Below are positions 20,338 to 30,691 of a stretch of 64,000 bases of DNA, one piece after another. The stretch is taken from assembly GCA_965215335.1 (NCBI GenBank), contig CBDCDA010000001.1, positions 1,344,001-1,408,000 on the forward strand, given 5' to 3'. The notes beneath the pieces are model-generated. The model saw only the letters and a list, made by a program, of their open reading frames with translations. It had not been told where the DNA came from and searched no databases. Within the stretch, counting starts at the first letter, position 1, and every line of letters starts with the position of its first letter. The stretch is from an uncultured Candidatus Entotheonella sp. (GTDB lineage Bacteria; Tectomicrobia; Entotheonellia; Entotheonellales; Entotheonellaceae). Made by a program: the position numbers and the translations under genes.

Positions 20338-21585
20338 AACGTCGGCCTCCGGCAATGCGGGCAGCGCCATGTCCGCCCCACGATAGTCGCTGACCTGGCC
20401 CGCAGTCAACATCATGACGACGGGCTTGCCGTCGCCGTCGCAGACGGCGTGAAGTTTCGAGTTGAGGCCGCCTCGGGTACGCCCGATATGGCGCGGAAAA
20501 GCCTCGCCCCGAGCAGGCTGGCAGCGGTGCGATGCGCCTTGAGATGCGTGCCGTCGGCGGCCGCGGTCGAAGACACCGGCCTTGCTCCAGCGCACGAAGC
20601 GGTTGTGGATGATGCCGCTGATGACCTTGCGGTCATCGACGCGTGGGATGCCCCGCACCTTCGAGCAGACTGCGCGTATGAAGTCAGGGTCTTGAATCTC
20701 GTCATATCCCCAATGATAAACTTTTTCTAGGCTCAGGACCTATAAAAGGGTATCATTGATCATGTAGGATTCAAGACCCTGACTTCATAAGGAGGTTCAT
20801 CATGCCCGATCACTGCTTCTGGCTATCCGACGTGCAGTTTGCCCGCCTGAAACCCCTGCTACCCAACAAGGTGCGGGGCGTCCCACGCGTCGATGACCGA
20901 AAAGTCATCAGCGGCATCATCCACGTCATTCGATACGGTCTGATGTGGCGCCACGCGCCCGCCTGCTACGGTCCCCACAAGACGCTCTACAACCGCTTCG
21001 TGCGCTGGAGCAAGGCCGGTGTCTTCGACCGCATCTTCCAAACCTTGGCCGCCGACAGCACGGCCACCGAGACCGTCATGATCGACAGCACGCATCTCAA
21101 GGCGCATCGCACCGCTGCCAGCCTGCTTGAGGGGGGGCTTTTCCGCGTCATATCGGGCGTACCCGAGGCGGTCTCAACTCGAAACTTCACGCCGTCTGCG
21201 ACGGCGACGGCAAGCCCGTCGTCATGGTGTTGACTGCGGGCCAGGTCAGCGACTATCGCGGGGCGGACATGGCGCTGCCCGCATTGCCGGAGGCCGACGT
21301 GCTGATTGCCGACAAGGGTTATGACAGCAACCGGCTGCGCAAGGCGCTTGCCGAGCGCAAGATCAAGCCCTGTATTCCAGGCCGTGCCAATCGTAAAGAG
21401 CCGATTGTCTACGACACGGAGCTTTACAAGAGCCGTAATCTCATCGAGCGCCTGTTCGGTCGTCTCAAGGATTGGCGTCGCATCGCCACGCGCTATGACC
21501 GGTGTGCGCACACCTTTTTCAGTGCCATCTGCCTTGCTGCCACGGTCATCTTCTGGATATGAGTCCTGAACCTAGGTCCTGAGCC
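20324..21585 (-). mobile_element. Internally deleted IS5 derivative (about 420 bp of its own sequence), split by IS5 copy 2
   Basis: Spliced fragments of orfA and orfB at 20324-20729; the rest of its left IR (GGTCCTGAGCC) lies at 21575-21585. Confidence 0.85.
20730..21572 (+). mobile_element. IS5-family element, copy 2 (near-identical to 8904-9746)
   Basis: Same IRs and ORFs (20802-21233, 21224-21562); TA duplication at 20728 and 21573. Confidence 0.93.
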
Positions 21586-21587
21586 TA

Positions 21588-24278
21588 GCTTGACTTTGTA
21601 CAAAACGAGGGGGTATCCAAGGGCATCGGACCCGTGTTGCAAGATGGCAGATTCCACTCCAACCATCTTGCAGCGAAGTCAACGATGCCCCCTTCAACAC
21701 ACACTAGTAGATCGTCAATCTCTAATGACCGGATATAAGCTACGCAACTTGATCCGTGCATCAGCGGTGGTAAAGCGCCACTGAACCGGCTGGCTCGTTT
21801 GATTGCGGCGTTCGGTCCAGGCGCTTACTTGATTGTGCAGCGTGTCGATGTCAGCCACCCGGCGGGTCAAACACTGACGGGCCAACACGCTGAACTCCAA
21901 CTCAGCCATGTTCAGCCAACTGCCATGTTTCGGCGTGTACACAAACGACAGCTTGTCCAACAATGCGCGCGCCTGCTCGGGCGCAAACGCCTTGTACAGC
22001 GAAGCACCGCTGTGGGTGCTCAGATTGTCCATCACCAGCGTGATGTGCTGCGCCTGCGGATAGTCTTCTTCGACCAACCGGCGAACCCCTTCGGCCCAAG
22101 TCAGTGCCTTGTGGTCAGCAGCCACGTCGACCCGCCGCCAATCGTCAAAGGGCGCATAGTACATCAACAGATGACCCACCCCGTTGCGCTCATATTCGGC
22201 ATCAAAGCGGGCCGTGTGACGCGGGCTCATCGGCAGCGGCGCCCGTACCTCCCGAACACACTGCTTGGTGGTCTCATCCATGCAGATTACCGGGTCGGCC
22301 GGGTCATACGGACGCGTGTACACGTCAAGGACGTGCTCCATCGCACACACGAATGCCGCGTCCTGCTGAGGCGCTATGCACCACATGTCCTGACGCCACG
22401 GCTTGAGTTCGTTTTTTTAGCACTTGGCGTACCGTTTCGTGCGATATCGTCTGCACGATCTGACGCCGTTTCAACTCATCGGCCAACAGATGCAAGGTCC
22501 ACCGAGCGCGTCCGTCCGGTGGTTCGCCGCAGGCGAGGGCGATCAACTGCGCCTCGCCCACGCCATCAAGCACGGTTGCGCGCTCGCGGCTACGCTGGCG
22601 CCGCCCCAAGGCGGCCTCTAGACCTTCCAGCACACAGCGCTTGCGCACCTGTTCCACCGTGGTCCGGTTCACCTCGACCTGCTCTGCCACCTCTCTGTCG
22701 AGCTTGCCCGGCCCGTGTTCTCCTTGGTCAGCCAGTAGCAGGATGTGTGCATGGCGGCGACGGTAGGCGGCCACTCGGCCCGTCTTTATCAGTTTCTCCA
22801 GTTCGATCCGTTCCACCGCACTCAAGCGGACCACGAAGAGTTTCTTCACCTCATCCCCTCCCAGTGTGAATGTGACTCGCGGAGGGTTTGCTATTATGCT
22901 GGAAAATCTCATTGGAGAGCTACTAGCACCCTGCTGGCGCCCTTTCAAAGTCTCTTCAGCGCACCCACTTGGCGCAAAGTCCAACGTCTGCTCATCGGCA
23001 CCTTGTTGGCCCGCGGACGGCGCACCGTCACGGCAGCCCTGCGACACACGGGGCAGCAAGGCACCCCGTCGTTCAGTCTCTACCATCAGGTGTTCAACCG
23101 CGCCCGATGGTCCGCTCTCAAAGGCAGTCGCTGTTTGCTGTCCCTGCTGGTGCAAACCTTCGGTGGTGCTGGCGGCAGCCTTCTTCGTCATTGACGAAAC
23201 CCTGGAGAGACGCTGGGGACGACGCATCAACAAGCGCGGTCACTACCGGGACCCCTTGGCCTCCAGCCGCAAGTGTACCGTGAGCACCAGTGGACTGCGC
23301 TGGATCGTTCTGACCCTGATTGTCACGCCGCCCTGGAACACACGCCCCTGGGCCTTGCCCTTCCTGAGCGTGCCGGCACCGACGCCACAGGTCAGTGAGC
23401 GCCTGGGGCTGAGACACAAGACCATTGCCCAGTGGGCACGCCAGATGATCCGGGTGGTGCGGCGTTGGTTGCCGCACGTCGCCATCACCGTGCTTGGCGA
23501 TCAAGCCTGTAGTGTCGTGGAACTCGCGCATGTCTGTCGGTGCTGTGGGGTGCGCCTGATCGCTCCCCTGCGCCTCGATGCGGTTCTCCATGAAGCGGCG
23601 CCCGCGTGCCAACCAGGCACGCGGGGGCGCCCGCGTCTCAAGGGCAGGCGCCTGCCCACCCTGGCCGAACGTCTCGACGACGCGGCGACCCGCTGGCAAC
23701 TCCTGCGTGTGCGCTGGTACGATGGCCGCGTGCGGTGCTTGCAGGTCACGAGCGGCACGGCCCTGTGGTATTGCAGCGGCCAGCCGCCCCTGCCGCTCAG
23801 ATGGGTCCTGGTCCGTCACGGTGACGCCCGGTACCGGCCACGGGCGTACTTCTCGACGTGTCCGGGAGACGAGGCCGGCGATATCGTGACGTGTTTCATC
23901 AAGCGCCGGAGCATTTAGACGACGTTCGAGGAAAGCCGTGCCCACGTGGGCTTTGAGACGCAGCGCCAGTGGTCGGACTTGGCGATTGAACGGATTACGC
24001 CGTGTCTGCTGAGCTTGTATTCGCTGGTGACGCTGTTGGCTCATGACTTGTATCTGGACGGTCGCTTGGCGGTGCGAAGGGGCGTCTGGTACGCCAAGGA
24101 GCAGGCGACGTTCAGCGACGCTTTGGCAGCGGTGCGGCACCACCTGTGGGAGGCCGAGTATTTTTCAACATCGGCATCCGACCGCGACAGGGTAGAAATT
24201 CCTCGTGTCTATCTGCAGAACTTGATGCAAGCGCTCTGTTACACGCACTGACTTGACCAAATTCGTACAAAGTCGAGC
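21588..24278 (+). mobile_element. IS701-like element copy 1, transposase pseudogene (21685-24251) interrupted by IS630
   Basis: IR GCTYGACTTTGTAC; IDETLERR, IxTTFEESRAHxGFETQRQWS; frameshift near 23180 and premature TAG at 23916. Confidence 0.85.
21707..22923 (-). mobile_element. IS630-family element; orfA from GTG 22849, orfB to 21715 via a -1 frameshift
   Basis: TA duplication (21705, 22924); IR GTAG...CAAT; A-AAA-AAC slippery site near 22411-22418; MDET, MDNLSTH, WLNMAE. Confidence 0.92.
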
Positions 24279-24310
24279 TGACACCTGTCCATATAAACCC
24301 GCCTGTCCCG

Positions 24311-25549
24311 CAGGGTAAGCGCATATGAGGATTGCCCAGCGTTCTGATTCAGGTTATGCAGAGTCATCGCGTATGAGGACACTCAACCTGGAGAGGAATT
24401 GAGCATGGAAAAACTCGCATCGTCCCGACTCCTGGATCACTTTGCCTCGGTCAGTGATCCGCGCGGCCCCAACATCCGGCACTCCTTGTTTGACATCTTC
24501 GTGATTGCCCTATGTGCCGTCATCAGTGGTGCTGAGGGCTGGGAAGATATGGAGGAGCATGGTCAGGCTCAGGCCGATTGGCTCAAAGAGTTTCTCGACC
24601 TGCCCCATGGCATTCCCTCACCCGACACCTTTCGTCGCGTGCTCTCTCGGCTTCAGCCGGAAGAACTCACGCAGTGCTTTATCAACTGGACGGACAGCCT
24701 GCGCGAGTCGATCAAGGGCGAGATTGTCGCCATTGATGGCAAGACCTTGCGGCGCTCCTTTGACCGCGCTGCGGCCAAGGGTGCCATCCACATGATCAGC
24801 GCTTGGGCCAGTGCCAATCGGCTCGTTTTGGGTCAACTCAAGGTCGATGACAAGTCCAATGAAATCACTGCCATTCCCCACTTGCTTGGGCTGTTGGCAT
24901 TGGACGGGGCGACGGTGACAATCGACGCCATGGGATGCCAAAAGGAGGTCGCCCGCAGCATCGTCGAACAAGGGGCGGATCATGTCTTGGCTCTCAAAGA
25001 CAACCATGCGACGCTCCACAATGAGGTCAAGCTCCTTTTCGACGCGGTCACGACGACCGGGCTGACGGATGTGACGGTCGATCATTATCAGAGCGTCGAT
25101 GCCGATCATGGTCGTATCGAGACGCGCCGCTATTGGCTGACGAGCGATATTGAGTGTTTGGGGGTGAGGGGCTCGTGGGCAGGCATTGCCAGCATTGGCA
25201 TGGTTGAGGCACAGGTGGAACGTGGCGACGTAGTGTCTTGTGAGCGGCGTTATTTTCTGACCTCGCCTGGATGTGATGCGGAACGTTTTGCGCAAACCGT
25301 GCGGCAGCATTGGGGCATTGAGAATTCGCTCCATTGGGTGCTTGACGTGAGCTTTCGGGAAGACGACTGTCGGATTCGTCAAGACGCGGGTGCGCAAACG
25401 ATGTCGGTGCTGCGTCATATCGCCCTGAACCTGATACGACGCGAATCAAGTCATAAGCGTGGCGTGAAGGCCAGACGAAAACGGGCCGGGTGGGATCACA
25501 GCTATCTGCTGCGGGTCTTAACCGGATAATGCCATATGCGCTTACCCTG
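24311..25549 (+). mobile_element. ISAs1-family element with intact transposase (24399-25529)
   Basis: IR CAGGGTAAGCGCATATG; 10-bp TSD GCCTGTCCCG at 24301-24310 and 25550-25559. Confidence 0.95.
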
Positions 25550-25641
25550 GCCTGTCCCGTCCTCGCCTGGACTCATGCCGGGCGATGGGGTAGCATCAGC
25601 AGCCTTGCGTCCACCCCTGCTCCCTTGGCCCGGAGGTCCCG

Positions 25642-27993
25642 ATGTCTCGCCGACTGACGCCAGCCGACCTACGACGTGCCCTGCCTGACGTGACCTCGAC
25701 GCTGAAGTTGCCCGGCCTGGAAAAGCCGGTCGACATCTGCCGCGACCGCTGGGGCGTGCCGCACCTGCGGGCGGCCAGCGAACATGACGCCTTCTTCGCC
25801 CAGGGGTTCGTGACGGCGCAGGACCGCTTGTGGCACATGGATTACGACCGTCACCGGGCGTTGGGGCGCTGGGCGGAGTTCGCCGGGCCGGGCGCGTTGC
25901 CGGAGGACCGGCTGATGCGGCGGTTTCGCGTCGAGCGGGCGGCGCGCATGGATACGGAGGTGACGGGCGAAGCGGCGCGAGACATGCTGACGGCCTATAG
26001 CGACGGGGTGAACGCCTTCCTCGCCAGCACCCGCGCGCTGCCGGTCGAATACACCCTGCTGCAAGCCACCCCGGAGCCGTGGGAGCCGTGGCACTGTCTG
26101 GCGGTCTACAAGGTTCGCAACATGCTGATGGGAACGTTCGAGATGAAGCTGTGGCGGCTACGGCTAGCCCTCGGGCTGGGCGTGGAGCGGGCCGCGGCGC
26201 TGTTCCAGGGCTATCCGCAGGGCAGCCTGGTGACCGTGCCGCCGGGCGAGACGTACGACGGGCCGCCATTGTCGTGCCTCGACGAACTAGCCGCCGCGGC
26301 CGCCGCCTGCAACTGGCTGGGCGAGGTCGACGCGGGCAGCAACGCTTGGGTCATTTCCGGCGCCCGCACGGCTTCCGGGCTGCCGCTGCTGGCGGGAGAT
26401 TCGCACCGCGCCCTCGACACCCCGAACGTCTACTACCAGGTGCACGCGGCCTGCCCGTCGTTCCGCGTCAGCGGCTACGCCCTGCCCGGCGTTCCCGGCG
26501 CCCCGCACTTCAGCCACACCGACTACGTCGCCTGGGGCATGACGCACGGCTACGCGGACTATCAGGACCTGTTCATCGAACGCTTCCGCAGCCGCCACGA
26601 TGGGTTGGCATACGCCTGGCAGGACGACTGGCACCCCGCCGAGGTCACCGACGAGACCCTGCACGCGCGTGGCGCGGCGCCCGAGACCATGCAGGTGGTA
26701 GCAACCCACCACGGCCCCGTCATCGCTGGCAACCCGCACGCCGGGCACGGCCTCGCTTTCAGCCATCCCGGCACCAACAGCGGCACGCCGTGGGCCAACA
26801 CACTGTACGACCTGTTGCGGGCCCGCTCGGCGGACGAGGCCGAGGAAGCGCTGCGGCCCTGGACGGAGCCGGTTAACAATTTCGTCTACGCCGACGTGCA
26901 CGGCGAGTTCGGCTACCGCTACCGTGGGCGTATCCCCATTCGCCCCATGGCCAACGCCTGGACCGCCGTGCCCGGCCGGAACGGGCAATACGAATGGCGC
27001 GGCACCATCCCGTTCGCGGACATGCCGCAGACCCGCAACCCGTCCGCCGGCTACGTCGTCACCTGCAATCAGGGCGTGGCGCCTGCCGATTACCCGTATT
27101 ACATCAACACCTACTTCGGCGCCGACACGCGCGCCCAGCGGGTTACGACCCGCCTGCAGGAACTGCCGACCGGCAGCGCCACGGTGGCGAACATGGCCGC
27201 GGTGCACGCCGATCGCCTGTCGCGCCCGGCGCAGATATGCCTGCAGGTGCTCGCGCAAACGTCGCCGCCCGCCGATCCGCTGGTTGCCGAAGCCCGTGAC
27301 CGACTGCTGGCCTGGGATTGTCGCATGGACCGCGATTCGGTAGCCGCGACGATCTACGCCTCCCTGCGCGCCTGCTGGCTGGAAGCGGTGCTGAAGGCCG
27401 CCCTCGGGCCGTTCGCCGACGAAGCCCTCGGCACCGCCGGCACCGGGCGCGGCGCCCCGACGCACGCCCTGCAGCTCTACACCCGCGCCATCCACGCCAT
27501 GGCGGCAAACGATCCCGTGTCCTTGCCGTCCGGCCAAACTTGGCCGCAATGCCTGAAGGCCGCCCTGCAACGCGCCGTCAGCGACCTGCGCCAACGCCTC
27601 GGCGACGACATGCAGACTTGGCAGTGGGGCACGTTGCACCGCACCCGGCCGCAACACCCGCTGTCGCGCGTCTTCCCCGCTTGCGCCGACCTGCTCAATC
27701 CGCCGCAGATCCCCGCCGGCGGCGACGGCGACACGCCGCAGCAGGGCGGCAGCTGGACCGCGCAGCGCTTCATCCTGACCTCGCTGTCCGTGAACCGTTA
27801 CATCCACGACCCCGCCGACTGGCGCCGCAGCCGCTGGATCGTGCCGCTGGGCGCCTCGGGCCATCCGGGCAGCCCCCATTACGCCGACCAGGCCGCCCTG
27901 TGGGCCGATGTTGAGACCATCGCGCAATTGTGGGACTGGGACGACATCACGGCCGCGGCCGAAACCCGCCAGCGCCTGCTGCCGGTGCCCTGA
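25642..27993 (+). CDS. Penicillin acylase family (Ntn hydrolase)
   Basis: RDRWGVPH, AQDRLW, GSNAW nucleophile, GASGHPGSPHYADQ. Confidence 0.93.
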   Translation: MSRRLTPADLRRALPDVTSTLKLPGLEKPVDICRDRWGVPHLRAASEHDAFFAQGFVTAQDRLWHMDYDRHRALGRWAEFAGPGALPEDRLMRRFRVERAARMDTEVTGEAARDMLTAYSDGVNAFLASTRALPVEYTLLQATPEPWEPWHCLAVYKVRNMLMGTFEMKLWRLRLALGLGVERAAALFQGYPQGSLVTVPPGETYDGPPLSCLDELAAAAAACNWLGEVDAGSNAWVISGARTASGLPLLAGDSHRALDTPNVYYQVHAACPSFRVSGYALPGVPGAPHFSHTDYVAWGMTHGYADYQDLFIERFRSRHDGLAYAWQDDWHPAEVTDETLHARGAAPETMQVVATHHGPVIAGNPHAGHGLAFSHPGTNSGTPWANTLYDLLRARSADEAEEALRPWTEPVNNFVYADVHGEFGYRYRGRIPIRPMANAWTAVPGRNGQYEWRGTIPFADMPQTRNPSAGYVVTCNQGVAPADYPYYINTYFGADTRAQRVTTRLQELPTGSATVANMAAVHADRLSRPAQICLQVLAQTSPPADPLVAEARDRLLAWDCRMDRDSVAATIYASLRACWLEAVLKAALGPFADEALGTAGTGRGAPTHALQLYTRAIHAMAANDPVSLPSGQTWPQCLKAALQRAVSDLRQRLGDDMQTWQWGTLHRTRPQHPLSRVFPACADLLNPPQIPAGGDGDTPQQGGSWTAQRFILTSLSVNRYIHDPADWRRSRWIVPLGASGHPGSPHYADQAALWADVETIAQLWDWDDITAAAETRQRLLPVP

Positions 27994-28061
27994 ACGCATC
28001 GTTCCGGCCGCGGCGTTGGGCACCCCAGCCCTGCTTTCATGGCAGGCAATTCCGCCCTGCA

Positions 28062-28161
28062 CGCCATGCCGGGCTCGACCCGGCATCCAGGCGTTTTCCA
28101 GCGGCTAAGAGCCCCCGGACTTGTTCCGGGGTCGCTGGATTCCGGCCTTCGCCGGAATGAC
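28062..28161. repeat. REP/MITE-like palindromic element
   Basis: Hairpins GCCGGG-CTCGA-CCCGGC and TTCCGGC-CTTC-GCCGGAA joined by ATCCAG/CTGGAT pairing; related copy at 48798. Confidence 0.7.
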
Positions 28162-28172
28162 AGGAGACCCGC

Positions 28173-28481
28173 ATGCCGTACCGACTGTTGCCCATCGACA
28201 ATCCCGCCGCCCCGCCCCTCAATATATCCGCCCGCCTGCGCTCCCAACTGGTGTACTTCATGACGCCGCCGGACGAGCCACACGTGCCGACGCTGGAGCC
28301 GAGCGATTACTGGATCGACGCCGGGCAGGCCGCCGAGTGGCTGGCGGATGGCGTATTTGAATTGGTGTCGCCGCTGGACGGGCAGCGCCCGACGAGCATC
28401 GAGCTGTCCGAAGAACAGGAAGTGTTGTTCGAGTGGCTCACCGCACACGCGATTCAGCACGTACGGGTGACAGAGACGTAG
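28173..28481 (+). CDS. Hypothetical protein
   Basis: AGGAG RBS, GC3-rich codon usage, 102 aa. Confidence 0.65.
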   Translation: MPYRLLPIDNPAAPPLNISARLRSQLVYFMTPPDEPHVPTLEPSDYWIDAGQAAEWLADGVFELVSPLDGQRPTSIELSEEQEVLFEWLTAHAIQHVRVTET

Positions 28482-28993
28482 GGGTTTCTTCCAGCACGCG
28501 GATGTCCGGCAGGTGGCGGTATTGCCCGTTGAAATCCATGCCGTAGCCGACGATGAACAGGTTGGGGATGGTGAAGCCGCGGTAGTCGATGGCAACGGCC
28601 ACCTGGCCGGCAGGCCGGTTTGTCCAGAAGGCAGCAGACGCGCAGGGAGGCAGGTCGCCGCTGCCGCAGGTAGTCGCACAGGAAGGCGAGGGAGTGGCCG
28701 CTGTCGATGATGTCCTCGACGAGCACCACGTCCCGTCCGGTGATGTCGGTGCGCAGTTCGTGAAAGAGCTCCATGCGACCGCTGCTGGCCGTGCTGCTGC
28801 CGTAACTGGACAGCCCCACGAAGCCGATCTCCACCGGCAAATCGAGTGCCCGCGCAAGATCGGCCAGGAACACAAAGGCGCCGTGCAGCACGCCGACCAG
28901 CACAGGCGGCCCGGTGGGGCGGTCGCGGCGCATCTCACCGGCCAGCCGCGCTACCGCCTCGGCAATGCGCTGGCGCGAAATCAGCACGGTCAT
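28438..28993 (-). pseudogene. hpt: Hypoxanthine phosphoribosyltransferase with a 1-nt frameshift near 28605
   Basis: VEDIIDSG and LLDK in one frame; DYRGFTIPNLFIVGYGMD in another. Confidence 0.85.
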
Positions 28994-29006
28994 GAGCGGG
29001 TGGGTC

Positions 29007-29477
29007 TCAATTCGCCGCGATACGCATGATGATGTCCCACTCCTGCGGCGTCACCGGCTGCACCGACAGGCGGCTGCCCTTGCGGATCACCATCATCGCT
29101 TCTAGGCCGGGGATTTCCTTCAGCGCCGCCAGGGTGATGGGCGCCTTGAAGGTGCACACGTAACCGACGTCGACCATCAGCCAGATCGGCCGCGCCGGGT
29201 CACTCTTCGGGTCGTAATAGCGGCTGGTCGGGTCGAAGGCGGTATCGTCGGGATAGGCCGCGCGCACCACTTGGGCGACGCCGTAGATGCCCATGGGCTT
29301 GGCGTTGCTGTGGTAGAAGAGTACGCCGTCGCCAAGCCGCATGTCGTCGCGCATGAAATTGCGCGCCTGGTAGTTGCGCACCCCCTCCCAGGACGTCGAG
29401 CCGTCGCGTCGCAGGTCGTCGATGGCGTAGACGCCCGGTTCCGACTTCATCAGCCAATAGCGTTCTGTTTCGGCCAT
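29007..29477 (-). CDS. EVE domain protein
   Basis: YWLMKSEP, WEGVRNYQARNFM, SRLSVQPV. Confidence 0.93.
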   Translation of the reverse strand: MAETERYWLMKSEPGVYAIDDLRRDGSTSWEGVRNYQARNFMRDDMRLGDGVLFYHSNAKPMGIYGVAQVVRAAYPDDTAFDPTSRYYDPKSDPARPIWLMVDVGYVCTFKAPITLAALKEIPGLEAMMVIRKGSRLSVQPVTPQEWDIIMRIAAN

Positions 29478-29521
29478 ACGACCCCTCCCCAACCCCTCCC
29501 TCCAGGGGAGGGGCTTTCGGG

Positions 29522-29992
29522 CTACGCGGCCGAGGCGCTGCCGGCCCGCACGGCCTGCACGGCGTCGGCGATGCCAGCCACCTCCAGCACCATTTCCATG
29601 AGCGTCACCTGCTCCTCATACACCTCGGGCGACACTTGGCATTTGATCGCCTCCTCGGTGACGTGGTAGACGGGCAGCCCCAGCGACGTGCCGGCCAAGG
29701 CGCCGGCCCACGAGGGATCGCCCTCGGTCACCGTCAGGGCGTACAGGCGGCTGCTCTCGGCGGTCGGCGTGCCCAGCACCACCACCATGTCCTCGCGCGG
29801 GTATTGCTCGGCCACCCGCTTGATCTCCTCCTGACCTTCCAGGTCAAGGGCACCGGCGGCCGTTCAAACGAAACAGTGCGTCACCTCCAGCACCACCTCG
29901 GCGCCGGCGCTCGCCGTGCATTGCGCGATGGCGCTGCCCTGGATGCCGTCGCGCTCGCCCAGGGCAATGACCTTCTTGCCTTGCAGTTGCAT
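29522..29992 (-). CDS. grdA: Glycine/sarcosine/betaine reductase selenoprotein A (156 aa, Sec at TGA 29864-29866)
   Basis: [11 protein letters not shown]...[14 protein letters not shown]...[19 protein letters not shown]...VYEEQV; one reading frame across the TGA; AAAGGA RBS. Confidence 0.92.
29830..29848 (-). promoter_or_regulatory. Putative bacterial SECIS hairpin
   Basis: CUUGACCU-GGA-AGGUCAGG stem-loop with a G-led loop 23 nt 3' of the UGA. Confidence 0.75.
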
Positions 29993-30189
29993 GATGAATC
30001 CTTTCGGGATCGTTCGTTGGCATCTGGAACAATTCAAGGCTGATAAAGCGTCCGTGCTCAATATGGCCCGCGTCACCCCACCCCGGCGGATCAGCCCCGC
30101 AACGACCGATTTGTGGGATCTCGCGCGGCCTGATGCCATGTGTACTTCTGATGGGCTGTCGTCATTGCCATAAGGGTACAACTTGATTT

Positions 30190-30691
30190 AGAAGAAAAAA
30201 AGCTCTCGGCAACCGTTGCCGAGGCCATGGCGCAGCCCGGCGATACGATCAGGATTAGCAGCACGTGCAACGAGACCATGGTGGTGGACAAAGACGGCAT
30301 CAAACTGGACGGGGGGGAGGTCGGCGGTCATCGACAGCGACGGCGCCGACGCTTCGATAATCGCCGTCATCGGCCGTCAGAACGTGGTGATTCAAGGGGC
30401 TGACCGTCCAGGAGGGTCGGGAGGGGGTATCGGCGGACAGAGGGGCGGCCGTGTGGCTGGAGGATGTCACGGCCCGGGAGTAACGGCGAGGGCATTTCTA
30501 ATTTCTATCCGTAGCCGCTCCCTGGCCACGTTTGCTGGCACCATCATCAGTAGCGATAATACCTCTGGTGTTGGTACCAGGATTGGAATGCGTCAATCCA
30601 GTCTTGTGGCAGAAGATGTCACCTTGTTGCAAGTGAACGGAAATGCTGCGAGCGGCATTGCATTCAGCAGAGGGTCGCACCTCGTGTTAGG
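30190..30691 (+). pseudogene. Degraded parallel beta-helix-type protein fragment, truncated by IS481
   Basis: AQPGDTIRISSTCNE...IKLDG, NVVIQGLTV and DNTSGVG/NGNAASGI repeats spread across shifting frames. Confidence 0.5.

Noticed and set aside
18805..20658. 617-aa transposase-glycosyltransferase fusion ORF
   Set aside because: The N-terminal part is spliced, partly out-of-frame IS5 debris and not a real domain fusion
23916..23918. In-frame TAG in the IS701-like transposase as possible recoding
   Set aside because: The element has other lesions and copy 2 has a Glu codon here, so this is a simple nonsense mutation
29481..29518. CCCCTCCCC...GGGGAGGGG hairpin between grdA and EVE
   Set aside because: Single copy in the window; could be a terminator or small repeat, with nothing further supportable
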